This document shows, piece by piece, positions 39,976 through 49,531 of a stretch of DNA of 64,000 nucleotides (position 1 is its first letter; the number at the start of each line of letters is the position of its first letter). The DNA is taken from NCBI GenBank assembly GCA_037444405.1, contig JBBIML010000008.1, positions 142,676 through 206,675 on the forward strand, in the 5' to 3' direction. The notes beneath the pieces are model-generated. The model had not been told where the DNA came from. It ran no database searches and saw nothing but the letters and a program-made list of their open reading frames with translations. Position numbers and translations under genes: made by a program. Source of the DNA: Armatimonadota bacterium. GTDB lineage: Bacteria; Armatimonadota; Fimbriimonadia; Fimbriimonadales; GBS-DC.

Positions 39976-42966
39976 TCACCATCGAATCAGTACGGGTTCG
40001 AGCGGCTGGAGGGTGAGTTGCCCATCGATGCGCTCGCCCGTGAGGAGGTTGGTGGCGCGGATAGGCTGCTCCTTATCGTTGACAAGGCGGACGGTGATGG
40101 GTTTGCGGGTGTAGTTGCAGAGGCTGGCGATGAAGCCGCCCTGATAGGGCGCGCTGCGATAGGCAACGCCCCACGCCGGCTGACCCTCACGATCCAGCAG
40201 GCGCAACGGACGATTGATGCCCCACTCGTTCAGCAGGCGATTCAGGCGCATGTGCAGCAGGCGGGCGTCCAGCAGCGGGTCGCGATCGATGGTCTGGATG
40301 GGCAGGCGCGAAGTGCGCGGGCGACCGTAGCGGTCAAAGCGCAGAATCGGCTCGCCCAGCCCGGCGAACGCGCCACCCCGCTGACGATAGCTGTCCAGCG
40401 CCGCCAGCGCCGAATCGGAAATATACTGTACTGCTGGCAGCACGATGCGCTTGCCCTCGGATGGCAGTTCGCGTGCCGCCGCCTGACGCTCGGTGATAAA
40501 CCCGACGCGCACGCCCAGCATCGTCAGCGCGATATAGAGATTGTTGCGAGCCACCACCGCATCGGCGCCCTGCAACACCAGATCCAGCGGCGAGTGATAC
40601 AGATAGAGATCAGGCGGCTGGTTCTGCAGCGCGGCAATATAGGGCGCGAAGCGGTTCAGATCGAGCGCGGTGTGCGCCAGCGATTCGATCAGTGCAGGGC
40701 GATGGAGCAGGCTGCCCGCGAAATCGCTGGTGGGGTCATCGGTGCGCTCCCACACCCAGAAGGTGGTCGCTGATAGCCCGTGCAGCGCCGCCTCCCACAG
40801 CGCGGCGCGCCCATGCGTGGGTGGCACCACCCGCTGCTCCCGATCCGGGATAATGTGGTTCTCCGAGTTGAAAATGGGCGCGTCGCGCAGGGAGCGCTGC
40901 AGGTCGTGCGCCATCAGCGTGCCCACCCAGTCGAACGCCCACTGCGCATCGGGCGCATGCAGATAGTAGAGGCTGGCGTCGTTGCCGTTCAGCTCGCAGA
41001 ACGGCGCAAATAGCTCGGGATCGATACCTGCCCGCTGCTCCCGATCGCTCAGAAACAGCCAGCTCATCAGCTTGGCATGCACGGGCATATTCGGCAGGTC
41101 GCGTTTGACCGCCTGCGCCAGCGCACGATGCCAGCTTGCCATCCACTCCTGATTGAACTCGCAGAACTCGGCATAGGGCGCACCTTCGGTCGGGATGGGA
41201 ATCTCCTCCCAGCTCTGATAGTTCGTCTGCCAGCGGGTGTTGAGCGTGATGAGCGTCTTATGGCGGTTGCGCAGCCATTCGCGCCACTCCTTCAGCTGGA
41301 AGGGCGACTGCGGGTCTTCAATATTCACCGGTTCGTTGGAGAGGCAGATGCTGTTGAGCGCAGGCTGATTGCGCAGGTAGGGGGCGAAGCGGGCAATATA
41401 GTCGCGCAGCAGGCGCAGGCTCTGCGGGGCGAAGGTGCTGTATTGAATGAAGCCCTCACGCGGCTGGCGCAGCTCCGGATACTCCTGCAACACCCAGTCG
41501 GGCATATAGTGGGGGCTGATGAGCAAATCAACGCGCACATTCGCCTGCGCCGCGCGACGCAGCACGGGCAGGATATCGTTCTCCAGCTTCTGCAGGCTGA
41601 CCTCGCCCTTGTGCGGAAAGATGTCCCGCACGCCCATCTCGATCTGGATGAGATTGAAGCCCATGCGGGGGAGCTTTTCCAGGTCTTCACGCACTTTGCC
41701 GAAGTGTCCGAATCCGACGAAGAACACGGGGCGTCGCTCGCGCCGTCCTGTAAGCGGGTCGATCGTGTCGGCAATCAGCGAGGCGCCGTTGATGTCCACG
41801 CGCGAGGTTATATAGCGGGGCACGGTGGGCAGGCGCCGCCTGCCGTTCAGCACCTCCTGAAGCGTGGTATCCAGCCGTTGCGCCATCGGCTCCATCTCGT
41901 CCAGCTGCTGGAAGGCGCGCGGTAGCAGCCCTTTCTGCAAATCGTCAGCCACATAGCGCACGAACTCCTGCAGGATGGTGAAGCTGGCGAGCGGGTAGGC
42001 GATATCCTGCCCGCGCTGGCGAACGGCGTTGAGCTGAGTCTGCCAGCGGGGTAGCGACTGGCGAATGGCGTCCAGTCGCTGTTGCGCTTCGCGGCGAGTG
42101 AAGAAGCGCAGCGGTCGGCTCGCTTCGACGGTGGGCTTGTCGGGCGCACTGATGCGAACCTGCAGGCGCTGGTCGCGGGTGGGCGGCTCACCGAACTGAA
42201 ACACGGCGCGCACCATGCCGGCTGGCAAATCGGCTTGCTGTTCCACGCGCTGCTCGCCCAGTTGCACCTCCACGCGCACGCCCTGTGCCGCCGACGGCAG
42301 GTAGAACTCCACCGCCCCACGCCATACAGGGTCTGCCAGATAAACGGAATCGGGCAAATCGGCGAGCGTCAGCAGGGGGCGGTCGGGTGTTTCCGCGGGC
42401 ACGAACGCGCTCATCTCGCGCCCCGCTTCAAGTTTCAGATCGTCAATATACAGTCCTTCGGTGGGCGCCTCGATGGTGATGACCAGCTCGAAGTTGGTCT
42501 CGTCGCTGGCGGTGGCGAAGGTGATCGATGCCCGCTTCCATTGCCCGCCTGTGTCTTCGAAGGGCAATCGCACGCGCCAGTTCCTACCGCCGCCCACGAA
42601 GCCGAGATAGCTTCCCTGCGCCCTGTAGCGCACGCTCAGCGTGTAGATGCTATCGGGCTGCACGGGCACGCCACCCTCATAGCGCAATAAGCCGTACACA
42701 TTGGAGCCGAACGGGGTCGTGCTGGTCAGCTTCAGGCAGCGCGCGCCCGTCGCCGCGTCGCCCTCCACGACGGTCAGGGTCGCATCGGTGTTGCGTTTGT
42801 CCCATTGCCAGCCGACGGGCAAGCCGTTCTGAACCTGTTCAAAGCTGCCGTTGCGTATCAGGTTGGGGCGAACGGGTGTGGAAATGGGGATCAGTTGCAG
42901 GCTATTCTGGGCATGAGCGGCGCCCATCAGCAGAAACAGAATCAGCCCTCCTGTCAGCCTCCGCAT
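39976..42966 (-). CDS. Secreted CBM4/9-like plus GH42-like (beta-galactosidase) protein
   Basis: Signal peptide; NLIRNGSFE..P.GW, YIDDLKL, HYMPDW, LSNEP, LNTRWQTNY.SW and FNSENH motifs. Confidence 0.75.
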   Translation of the reverse strand: MRRLTGGLILFLLMGAAHAQNSLQLIPISTPVRPNLIRNGSFEQVQNGLPVGWQWDKRNTDATLTVVEGDAATGARCLKLTSTTPFGSNVYGLLRYEGGVPVQPDSIYTLSVRYRAQGSYLGFVGGGRNWRVRLPFEDTGGQWKRASITFATASDETNFELVITIEAPTEGLYIDDLKLEAGREMSAFVPAETPDRPLLTLADLPDSVYLADPVWRGAVEFYLPSAAQGVRVEVQLGEQRVEQQADLPAGMVRAVFQFGEPPTRDQRLQVRISAPDKPTVEASRPLRFFTRREAQQRLDAIRQSLPRWQTQLNAVRQRGQDIAYPLASFTILQEFVRYVADDLQKGLLPRAFQQLDEMEPMAQRLDTTLQEVLNGRRRLPTVPRYITSRVDINGASLIADTIDPLTGRRERRPVFFVGFGHFGKVREDLEKLPRMGFNLIQIEMGVRDIFPHKGEVSLQKLENDILPVLRRAAQANVRVDLLISPHYMPDWVLQEYPELRQPREGFIQYSTFAPQSLRLLRDYIARFAPYLRNQPALNSICLSNEPVNIEDPQSPFQLKEWREWLRNRHKTLITLNTRWQTNYQSWEEIPIPTEGAPYAEFCEFNQEWMASWHRALAQAVKRDLPNMPVHAKLMSWLFLSDREQRAGIDPELFAPFCELNGNDASLYYLHAPDAQWAFDWVGTLMAHDLQRSLRDAPIFNSENHIIPDREQRVVPPTHGRAALWEAALHGLSATTFWVWERTDDPTSDFAGSLLHRPALIESLAHTALDLNRFAPYIAALQNQPPDLYLYHSPLDLVLQGADAVVARNNLYIALTMLGVRVGFITERQAAARELPSEGKRIVLPAVQYISDSALAALDSYRQRGGAFAGLGEPILRFDRYGRPRTSRLPIQTIDRDPLLDARLLHMRLNRLLNEWGINRPLRLLDREGQPAWGVAYRSAPYQGGFIASLCNYTRKPITVRLVNDKEQPIRATNLLTGERIDGQLTLQPLEPVLIRW

Positions 42967-42990
42967 GCGCGTCTCCCTCCATGTGATGGA

Positions 42991-43065
42991 TGGCGCCCCC
43001 GGCAGGAATCGAACCTGCGCACCAGGCTCCGGAGGCCTGCGCTCTATCCACTGAGCTACGGGGGC
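42991..43065 (-). tRNA. tRNA-Arg(CCG)
   Basis: GCCCCCGTAGCTCAGTGGATAGAGC-CAGGC-CTCCGGA-GCCTG...GGTTCGATTCC...GCCA. Confidence 0.96.
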
Positions 43066-43107
43066 GCGCCCTTAATTAATACCCGAATCGGTCGGGTATA
43101 ATCCACC

Positions 43108-44265
43108 GTGTCTGTGAAACATTTCACGGAGGCGGGCATGCGCGTCCCGGAGCTGATTCTGGGCAAGGAGCTGATGCCCCTGTATGGGAAGGTGCGGAAC
43201 GGCGAGCGCCTCTCCTTCGAAGATGGGCTGCTGCTCTATCGCACGCCGAACCTTTCAGGCGTCGGCTACCTGGCGAATATGGTGCGCGAGCGTCTGCACG
43301 GCAACCGCGCCTATTATATCCGCAATCTGCACATCAACTACACCAACATCTGCAACAAGGGTTGCAAGTTCTGCTCGTTTTATGCGAAGAAGGGCGGACC
43401 GAAGCCCTACACACTCACGATGGACGAGGTGCGCGAGCGATTGCGTGCCTATCGCGACATTCCCATCACGGAGGTGCATGTGGTCGGCGGGGTGAACCCG
43501 CGCCTGCCCTATCAATATTATCTCGACCTCATTCACACCATCCGGCAGGAGCGCCCTGAAGTGCATATCAAAGCGTTCACGGCGGTGGAGTGGGAAGAGA
43601 TAGCCCGTGTCGCCCGCAAGCCGCTTGGAGAGGTGCTGCTGGAGATGAAAGCAGCGGGGCTGGGCAGTGTGCCCGGCGGTGGTATTGAGGTGTTGAGCGA
43701 CCGCGTCCACGCCGAGCTGTTCCCCAAAAAGATCGACGGCAGGCGCTGGATGGAGATTGCCCGCGAGATTGCCCGCGCGGGTTTGCCCCAGTATGCCACC
43801 CTGCTTTACGGCATGGGCGAGACGATTGAAGAGCGCATTCAACACTTTATCGCCCTGCGCGAGCTACAGGACGAAACAGGGCACTTCCTGGCGCTGACCC
43901 CGCTCGCGTTCCATCCCGAAGGCACCGAACTCGCACACCTGCCCCACACCACAGGCTACGACGACCTGCGCAATATCGCCGTCGCCCGCCTGATGCTCGA
44001 TAACTTCCCGCATATTAAGTCATTCTGGATTATGAACACGCCTGCCGTCACGCAGGTTGCGCTCTGGTACGGCGCGGACGATGTGGATGGCACGGTGCAT
44101 GAGTACGAGATTGTGTATCAGGACGACGCGCCGGGCGTGCGCCAGCAGGTGCTGACCCGTGCGCAGCTGATTCGGCTGATTCGCGAGGCGGGGCGCGAAC
44201 CTGTGGAGCGTGATAGCCTCTATAATATCGTGCCCAGCGACAGGGAAGGCGCGCTGACCGTCTAA
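43108..44265 (+). CDS. mqnE: Aminofutalosine synthase (CofH-family radical SAM)
   Basis: HINYTNICNKGCKFCSF, PGGG.E and AVARLMLDNFPHIKSFWIM motifs. Confidence 0.88.
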   Translation: MSVKHFTEAGMRVPELILGKELMPLYGKVRNGERLSFEDGLLLYRTPNLSGVGYLANMVRERLHGNRAYYIRNLHINYTNICNKGCKFCSFYAKKGGPKPYTLTMDEVRERLRAYRDIPITEVHVVGGVNPRLPYQYYLDLIHTIRQERPEVHIKAFTAVEWEEIARVARKPLGEVLLEMKAAGLGSVPGGGIEVLSDRVHAELFPKKIDGRRWMEIAREIARAGLPQYATLLYGMGETIEERIQHFIALRELQDETGHFLALTPLAFHPEGTELAHLPHTTGYDDLRNIAVARLMLDNFPHIKSFWIMNTPAVTQVALWYGADDVDGTVHEYEIVYQDDAPGVRQQVLTRAQLIRLIREAGREPVERDSLYNIVPSDREGALTV

Positions 44266-44289
44266 ACCTCCGCATGGAGGGACTGAACG

Positions 44290-44631
44290 ATGCGATGGAT
44301 ACGGCTGACGGTGCTGATAGCGACGGTGGGGCTGTTCGGTTTTTTGAGCGGGGTCGTGTGGATGAAGCCTGTTCGCGAGGCGCAGCGCAAACCGCGCGTG
44401 CAGGATTCGGTCGTCGCCCGCGAGTTCAAACTGGTTGATAGCGAGGGCAGGGTGCGTGCCGAGTTGGGCATCCCGTTCGGCGAGCCAGTGCTGTTCCTGT
44501 ACGACCGTGCGGGCAAGCCGCGCGCCTGGCTGACGCTGGATAGTCAGGGCAACCCGCGCCTGATGTTTGTGGACAAAAATGATGCTCCGCTCTGGCAGGC
44601 GCCCCCGGCGGAGGCGAAAGCGTCGCCATGA
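44290..44631 (+). CDS. Hypothetical membrane-anchored protein
   Basis: GGAGG RBS, N-terminal TM, short L.D..G..RA repeats. Confidence 0.7.
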   Translation: MRWIRLTVLIATVGLFGFLSGVVWMKPVREAQRKPRVQDSVVAREFKLVDSEGRVRAELGIPFGEPVLFLYDRAGKPRAWLTLDSQGNPRLMFVDKNDAPLWQAPPAEAKASP

Positions 44632-44990
44632 TTGGTGGTATCGGCATCGATTCTATCGAGCTGTGTCGCATCGAGCGGGTGTGGCATCGCCAGCCGCGCT
44701 TCGTGGAGCGGATTCTGACCCCTGCGGAACGCGACTACTGCCTGCGCGCGCCGCGCCTCGCGCTCCAGCGCATCGCGGGACGCTGGGCTGCCAAAGAAGC
44801 CATCGCCAAAGCCGTCGGGCGCCCCCTGCGCTGGCAGGAGGTCGAAATCCTGCCCGATGAGCAGGGCGCACCCCGCGTGCAGCTGTACGGACACTCCGCC
44901 CAGCTCGCAGGCGCGGGCAAATTGCTGGTGAGCATCACGCACACCCGCACCGACGCGCTGGCAATCGCTCTCTGGATCCACGAGCCATGA
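44628..44990 (+). CDS. acpS: Holo-ACP synthase
   Basis: GIGID, AGRWAAKEA..KA and VSITH motifs. Confidence 0.95.
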   Translation: MIGGIGIDSIELCRIERVWHRQPRFVERILTPAERDYCLRAPRLALQRIAGRWAAKEAIAKAVGRPLRWQEVEILPDEQGAPRVQLYGHSAQLAGAGKLLVSITHTRTDALAIALWIHEP

Positions 44991-45616
44991 AACGAATCGT
45001 GATTTTAGTGTCAGGCAAGGCGCGTGGCACGAACATGGCAGCAATCATCGACGCCTGCCAGCGCGGGGAGATACCCGACAGCCAGGTGGTGCTGGTGATT
45101 GGCACACGCGCCGACGCGCCCGCGCTCGAAAAAGCCCGCGAGCGCGGCGTGCCCACCTGCATCATCGATCCCGGAGCCTTTCCCGACGACGAGGCGTACG
45201 GCGACGCGCTCCTGCGCACACTGAGCGAGGTGCAACCCGACCTTATCTGCCTGGCAGGCTATGTGCGCCTGCTGCCCGCGAAGGTGGTGCGCGCCTATCC
45301 CTATCGCATTCTGAACATCCATCCCGCCCTTTTGCCACTGTTCGGCGGCAGGGGCATGTACGGTCTGCGCGTGCATGAAGCCGTGCTTCAAAGCGGCATG
45401 AAAGTCGCGGGCTGTACCGTGCATTTTGTGGACGAGCAGTACGACACGGGTCCCATCGTGCTGCAGAGCGTGATTGAGGTTCACGACGACGACACGCCCG
45501 AAACGCTGGCGGCGCGGCTGCTGCCCGTGGAGCATGCGACCTACATTCGCGCGATTCGGCTCTTTGTGGAGGGGCGGTTGCGCGTGGAGGGGCGGCGCGT
45601 GCGCATCGACGCCTAA
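44987..45616 (+). CDS. purN: Phosphoribosylglycinamide formyltransferase
   Basis: SG..GTN, LAGY, NIHPALLP and GCTVHFV...DTGPI motifs. Confidence 0.97.
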   Translation: MKRIVILVSGKARGTNMAAIIDACQRGEIPDSQVVLVIGTRADAPALEKARERGVPTCIIDPGAFPDDEAYGDALLRTLSEVQPDLICLAGYVRLLPAKVVRAYPYRILNIHPALLPLFGGRGMYGLRVHEAVLQSGMKVAGCTVHFVDEQYDTGPIVLQSVIEVHDDDTPETLAARLLPVEHATYIRAIRLFVEGRLRVEGRRVRIDA

Positions 45617-46053
45617 CGCCAGAACGCGAAACGCAGGATTCCGTGAACCAGCCACGCCAGGATCAGAATAATCAGCCCCCAGTTAAGCAGCAGGGGATGG
45701 ATACGGACGCCACGCCGGAAAATCAGCACCATCAGGCTGTTGATGCCGAGCGCGAGCGCGCCCACCAGCACCACAATCCCGAACGGGTTCGCCCGCCAGC
45801 CCAGTTGCCAGTCGCCGTGCAGCCATGCGCTGACGCTGGTGGTCAGCCCGCATGAGGGGCACGGGCGACCCGTGAGAAAGTAGACACTGCATGGGGGCAG
45901 GTGCAGCTGCTGGTGCGTGCCGTGTCCCGACGGGTTCGGCTCCAGATACAGCCCCAGCCCGATCAGGGTCAGCACGCTCAGCACAATTAGCGCGTGCCCG
46001 AGCCGCGCCGCCCGATCAACCGGCGTGCAGGTAACAATCTCCACCGCCTTCAT
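45613..46053 (-). CDS. DUF2752-like membrane protein
   Basis: PPC...TGRPCPSCGLTTS...ANPFG motif. Confidence 0.8.
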   Translation of the reverse strand: MKAVEIVTCTPVDRAARLGHALIVLSVLTLIGLGLYLEPNPSGHGTHQQLHLPPCSVYFLTGRPCPSCGLTTSVSAWLHGDWQLGWRANPFGIVVLVGALALGINSLMVLIFRRGVRIHPLLLNWGLIILILAWLVHGILRFAFWR

Positions 46054-46721
46054 AGCAACAGATACTCGCCCAGAGCTGGCTCGCGCCGCGCCCCGTGCGG
46101 CTGCGGGATCGGCACGCCCAGCCGTCGCGTGAAATCGAACAGCACATGCGCGTCGTTGAGCGGGTAGTCGTCATCCTCGTGGGCGTACAGCTCGGCGTCC
46201 GACTCCCACTCCTCCTCGGTGAGCGGGATCAGGTACGGTTCGATCTCCTCTGGCTCCACTTTGAACAGTTCGCCGAGCAGGCGCGCCTCACCACAGAACT
46301 CGCTGATGTCGCCTGCCATCAGCTCCGCCAGCTCCGACGGCAGCGCCGCCAGCACCGTCTCAGGGTCGTTCACATAGGCGTCCTGCAGCGCGCCGTCCTG
46401 AAACACCATGTAGCTCCACAGCTCGCTCTCCTGCAGCGCGAAGCTCACCACCGCCGTCTCCAGGTCCTGTGACAGATGCTGGAGCACCCCATAGAAATCT
46501 TCGGCGTCCAGAGCGAAGGTGTCGGGCATAATGAAGCGTTGCCAGCCGTTGAGGGGCGCAAAACGATAGAACCGATCTTCGGGGTCCAGCTCCCACTCCT
46601 GAAGCGCCGTCTCGTTGGGTTCCAGCTCGATTTCGTAATCTTGCAGGAACCGCTGGAGCGAGCGGATAACCTCCGTGTGATCCTGTGTGCGCACGATCAG
46701 ATAGTGTATGTTGAGTGCCAT
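46050..46721 (-). CDS. Acidic hypothetical protein
   Basis: Intact ORF with operon-style overlaps on both sides. Confidence 0.7.
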   Translation of the reverse strand: MALNIHYLIVRTQDHTEVIRSLQRFLQDYEIELEPNETALQEWELDPEDRFYRFAPLNGWQRFIMPDTFALDAEDFYGVLQHLSQDLETAVVSFALQESELWSYMVFQDGALQDAYVNDPETVLAALPSELAELMAGDISEFCGEARLLGELFKVEPEEIEPYLIPLTEEEWESDAELYAHEDDDYPLNDAHVLFDFTRRLGVPIPQPHGARREPALGEYLLL

Positions 46722-46722
46722 A

Positions 46723-47331
46723 TCAGTCCTCCCCCAGCTGGAAGAGCAGGCTCCAGCTGGTTCGTTGCTGGATGATGCTGGCGCGCAGTTGCAGTTGCGG
46801 GATGGGTTGCCAGACGAAGGCGGCGTTCATGTTCCGCCCTGTATGCTCGGCAAGGATGAACAGCTGGTTGGTGAGCGGGATTTCGAAGCCGACGAACAGC
46901 GGGGGCATCCCTTCGAAGCCGACGCCCAGATGGAAGCGCAGGTCGTGATCCAGTGGGGTCTCGCCCAGCGTCGGCACACTGTAAGAGAGCGCCAGATAGT
47001 AGCCGCGCCCGCTCGCTGTGCGATCGAACAGGTCGACGACGCCAACCGACAACCCAGGCGTGTAGCCCGCGATTTCGGGGTAGAGGTTCACCTGCACGCC
47101 CACAAGGTCGGCTCTGCTGCCCTGTCCCGTCTGTACCGCCGACAGCTCCAGATAGTCGCCCAGCCGCCAGTTGAGCAGCCAGCGCTCGCGCGTCCGATCT
47201 GTGCGCAGCACGCCCAGCTCCACCTTGAAAAACTGCGGATAGAGCAGCCGACCCGTCGGCATCTCAATTACCCGGTCGGCGCGTGCCCATCCGCAAAGAA
47301 GCAGGGCAAGCATCACCCAGCCCATTCGCAT
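46723..47331 (-). CDS. Outer-membrane beta-barrel-like protein (YjbH-like)
   Basis: Signal peptide, MPTG motif, alternating beta strands, LSVGVVD. Confidence 0.6.
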   Translation of the reverse strand: MRMGWVMLALLLCGWARADRVIEMPTGRLLYPQFFKVELGVLRTDRTRERWLLNWRLGDYLELSAVQTGQGSRADLVGVQVNLYPEIAGYTPGLSVGVVDLFDRTASGRGYYLALSYSVPTLGETPLDHDLRFHLGVGFEGMPPLFVGFEIPLTNQLFILAEHTGRNMNAAFVWQPIPQLQLRASIIQQRTSWSLLFQLGED

Positions 47332-47488
47332 GGTAGAAGTGTACCTGTTTTCGCATCCCGTTGCCCGCAGTCAATCCCTCACCTGCGTGCCTTTTCGTGC
47401 GTCGAGCGCGGTGGAACACGGCAGAAAGGTAAACTTTTTATGGACGCGATTCAGCGGCGGAGCCGTCTAAAATAGCGGGAGGTGGACG

Positions 47489-49531
47489 ATGCGCTGGCTG
47501 TATATTGTCGCGCTGGTGCTGCTGGTGAGCATCGGCATTCTGGCGCTGCATCCGGGCACGGCGTTCCTCGTGCGCTGGCAAGCTGAGAAGCTCACCCACT
47601 ACACCGAGCGTAAAAAGCTCTATGAAAGATTTCACGATCCGTATCACTATATTATTGCCGCAGTATCGCAGCATTTGTACTCCTATAAGCATTTCACTCT
47701 GCGCTATCAGGCGGAGACCCGTCGTTATCTGCAGGCGTGTGAACCACTGCTCAGGGCGCACCCTGGCGACGCGCAGATTGCGACGCTTCACATCCTGCTC
47801 AAACATGCAACGGACAATCAACAGAGGTATTTCATTCCAGATGTGTATTTTGAACCAGAATTCTTACCGAACCTGGTCATGATAATCGATAACCCACATT
47901 TTTATGATCCCCCGTCGTCGCCTTTGTCGCCGAAGGTGGTCGCTGACCTTCGGGCGTTATATCGGCGGTTCCCATCGGAGAAAGGTTTGCTGGCGTTCCT
48001 GCTGCTGGCTGAGGCGAATCGGCTGGGGCTGAAACGCAAAGAGGTTCAGAACCTCTTCTTTTATCGGTTAGGGCAGACGGGACCAGCCGGGGCTAAGTTC
48101 TGGCATTTGGGCGACAGGCGGAATGAGGAGGCGGGCAGGCGCGTGCTGGCGCTGGCGCGTGAGGGCGAGCGACTGGAGCCAGAGAATGGCTTCTTCACCT
48201 GGATGCGGGCAATCGCACTGCTGGAGCTGGGGCGGGATACGGAGGCGTTTCAGGCGTTGCAGGAGGCGGCTCGCAAACCGCGCTGGAACGACCATCGCGC
48301 ATGGTTCATCGAGGCTCAATACAGACTGATGACCCATCCCCAGATAGGGTATCCTTTGCGCTCCGCTGAAAAGGGGTTCTCGGAGCAGTTCGCAGACACT
48401 GCTACCAATTTGCCCTTCTGCTATACGCTGGCGACCCGCCTGTTTGTGGGGCTGGCGGCAGCGCATGAAGAGCGCGGCGAGTGGCGCAAAGGGTTGACCA
48501 TCCGCATGGCGCTGGCGCGCACCATCGCCCAGATGCGCCATCAGCAAAGTTCTGTCGACTGGATCAGCCAGAGCGCGGACCTGCTTCGGCTGGTGGGGCT
48601 GTTCCCTGCCAGAAAGATGGCACCGCCCGAACACAAAGCCGACCGAGCCACGCGCCAGTACGCTTATCGACTGATGTCGGAAGCGAGGTGTAATGTGTCC
48701 AGCGCGTTGCGCTGGGGCTTCTTCCTGAACACGCTGCGCGAGCGCGGCTTCACGCGCGAGGCGGAATGGCTCGAAAATGAGCTGCGTACCAATCAGCGGA
48801 CGGAGGCGCTGCTTCAGCAGTTCGGCGAGCGACTGAGTGGCTATCCAGGATGGTGGTGGATGTTTCGCGAACGGTGGCAGGCGATGAGCCATCGCTGGGC
48901 GCTGGTGGGCGCGTTCTGCCTGTGGCTGGCGCTGTTGACCCTGCTGGGCGCCGTGCTGACCAGCGTCAGCCGCTGGCTGCGCATGCCCGACGCGGTGCTG
49001 CTGACGCTGCTGTTCACGCTGGGAGCGGTGGGCGCGTTCAGCCTCGTGCTGTCCGATGCAGGCGCCCGAATCGTGCATGAGACGCTCGTTCGCCTGCGGG
49101 AACTGGTGGGAAGCTCTGGCTGGTCATTTTATTCACCGTATCCGCATGCGCCTGTCGTGCTATCAACCCCTGCTTCGCCGGCTTCACGCAAGCAGCAGTT
49201 CATCCACTGGCTGCTGGACAACCCGCATGCGCTGCAAATGGCGCTGGGCGTGCTGACCTTTGTGTTGCTGCTGATGGTGGTGCTGCTGATTGCGCTGGTT
49301 CAGCATCGGCGGTCAGGTGAGGGCTTCTCGTCGCTGAAGTCGGCTGTATGGGCGAGCTGTATCCTCTTTCTGCTGGCGTATCTGGGCGCAGTGGGCAACT
49401 ACTTCGCTCTTCAGCGGCACTATCTCGATGTCCAACGCGGTTGCCAGATGGGGGGTAGCGCGTATGTGTCGCGCGTGACGGGTCAGCCTGTGCCCGCGCC
49501 CCAGCCGCTGCCGCAATCGGCGTCGAACTAA
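47489..49531 (+). CDS. Hypothetical membrane protein (helical soluble domain plus C-terminal TMs)
   Basis: GGAGG RBS, EPENGF TPR-like motif, about 4 C-terminal TMs. Confidence 0.65.
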   Translation: MRWLYIVALVLLVSIGILALHPGTAFLVRWQAEKLTHYTERKKLYERFHDPYHYIIAAVSQHLYSYKHFTLRYQAETRRYLQACEPLLRAHPGDAQIATLHILLKHATDNQQRYFIPDVYFEPEFLPNLVMIIDNPHFYDPPSSPLSPKVVADLRALYRRFPSEKGLLAFLLLAEANRLGLKRKEVQNLFFYRLGQTGPAGAKFWHLGDRRNEEAGRRVLALAREGERLEPENGFFTWMRAIALLELGRDTEAFQALQEAARKPRWNDHRAWFIEAQYRLMTHPQIGYPLRSAEKGFSEQFADTATNLPFCYTLATRLFVGLAAAHEERGEWRKGLTIRMALARTIAQMRHQQSSVDWISQSADLLRLVGLFPARKMAPPEHKADRATRQYAYRLMSEARCNVSSALRWGFFLNTLRERGFTREAEWLENELRTNQRTEALLQQFGERLSGYPGWWWMFRERWQAMSHRWALVGAFCLWLALLTLLGAVLTSVSRWLRMPDAVLLTLLFTLGAVGAFSLVLSDAGARIVHETLVRLRELVGSSGWSFYSPYPHAPVVLSTPASPASRKQQFIHWLLDNPHALQMALGVLTFVLLLMVVLLIALVQHRRSGEGFSSLKSAVWASCILFLLAYLGAVGNYFALQRHYLDVQRGCQMGGSAYVSRVTGQPVPAPQPLPQSASN

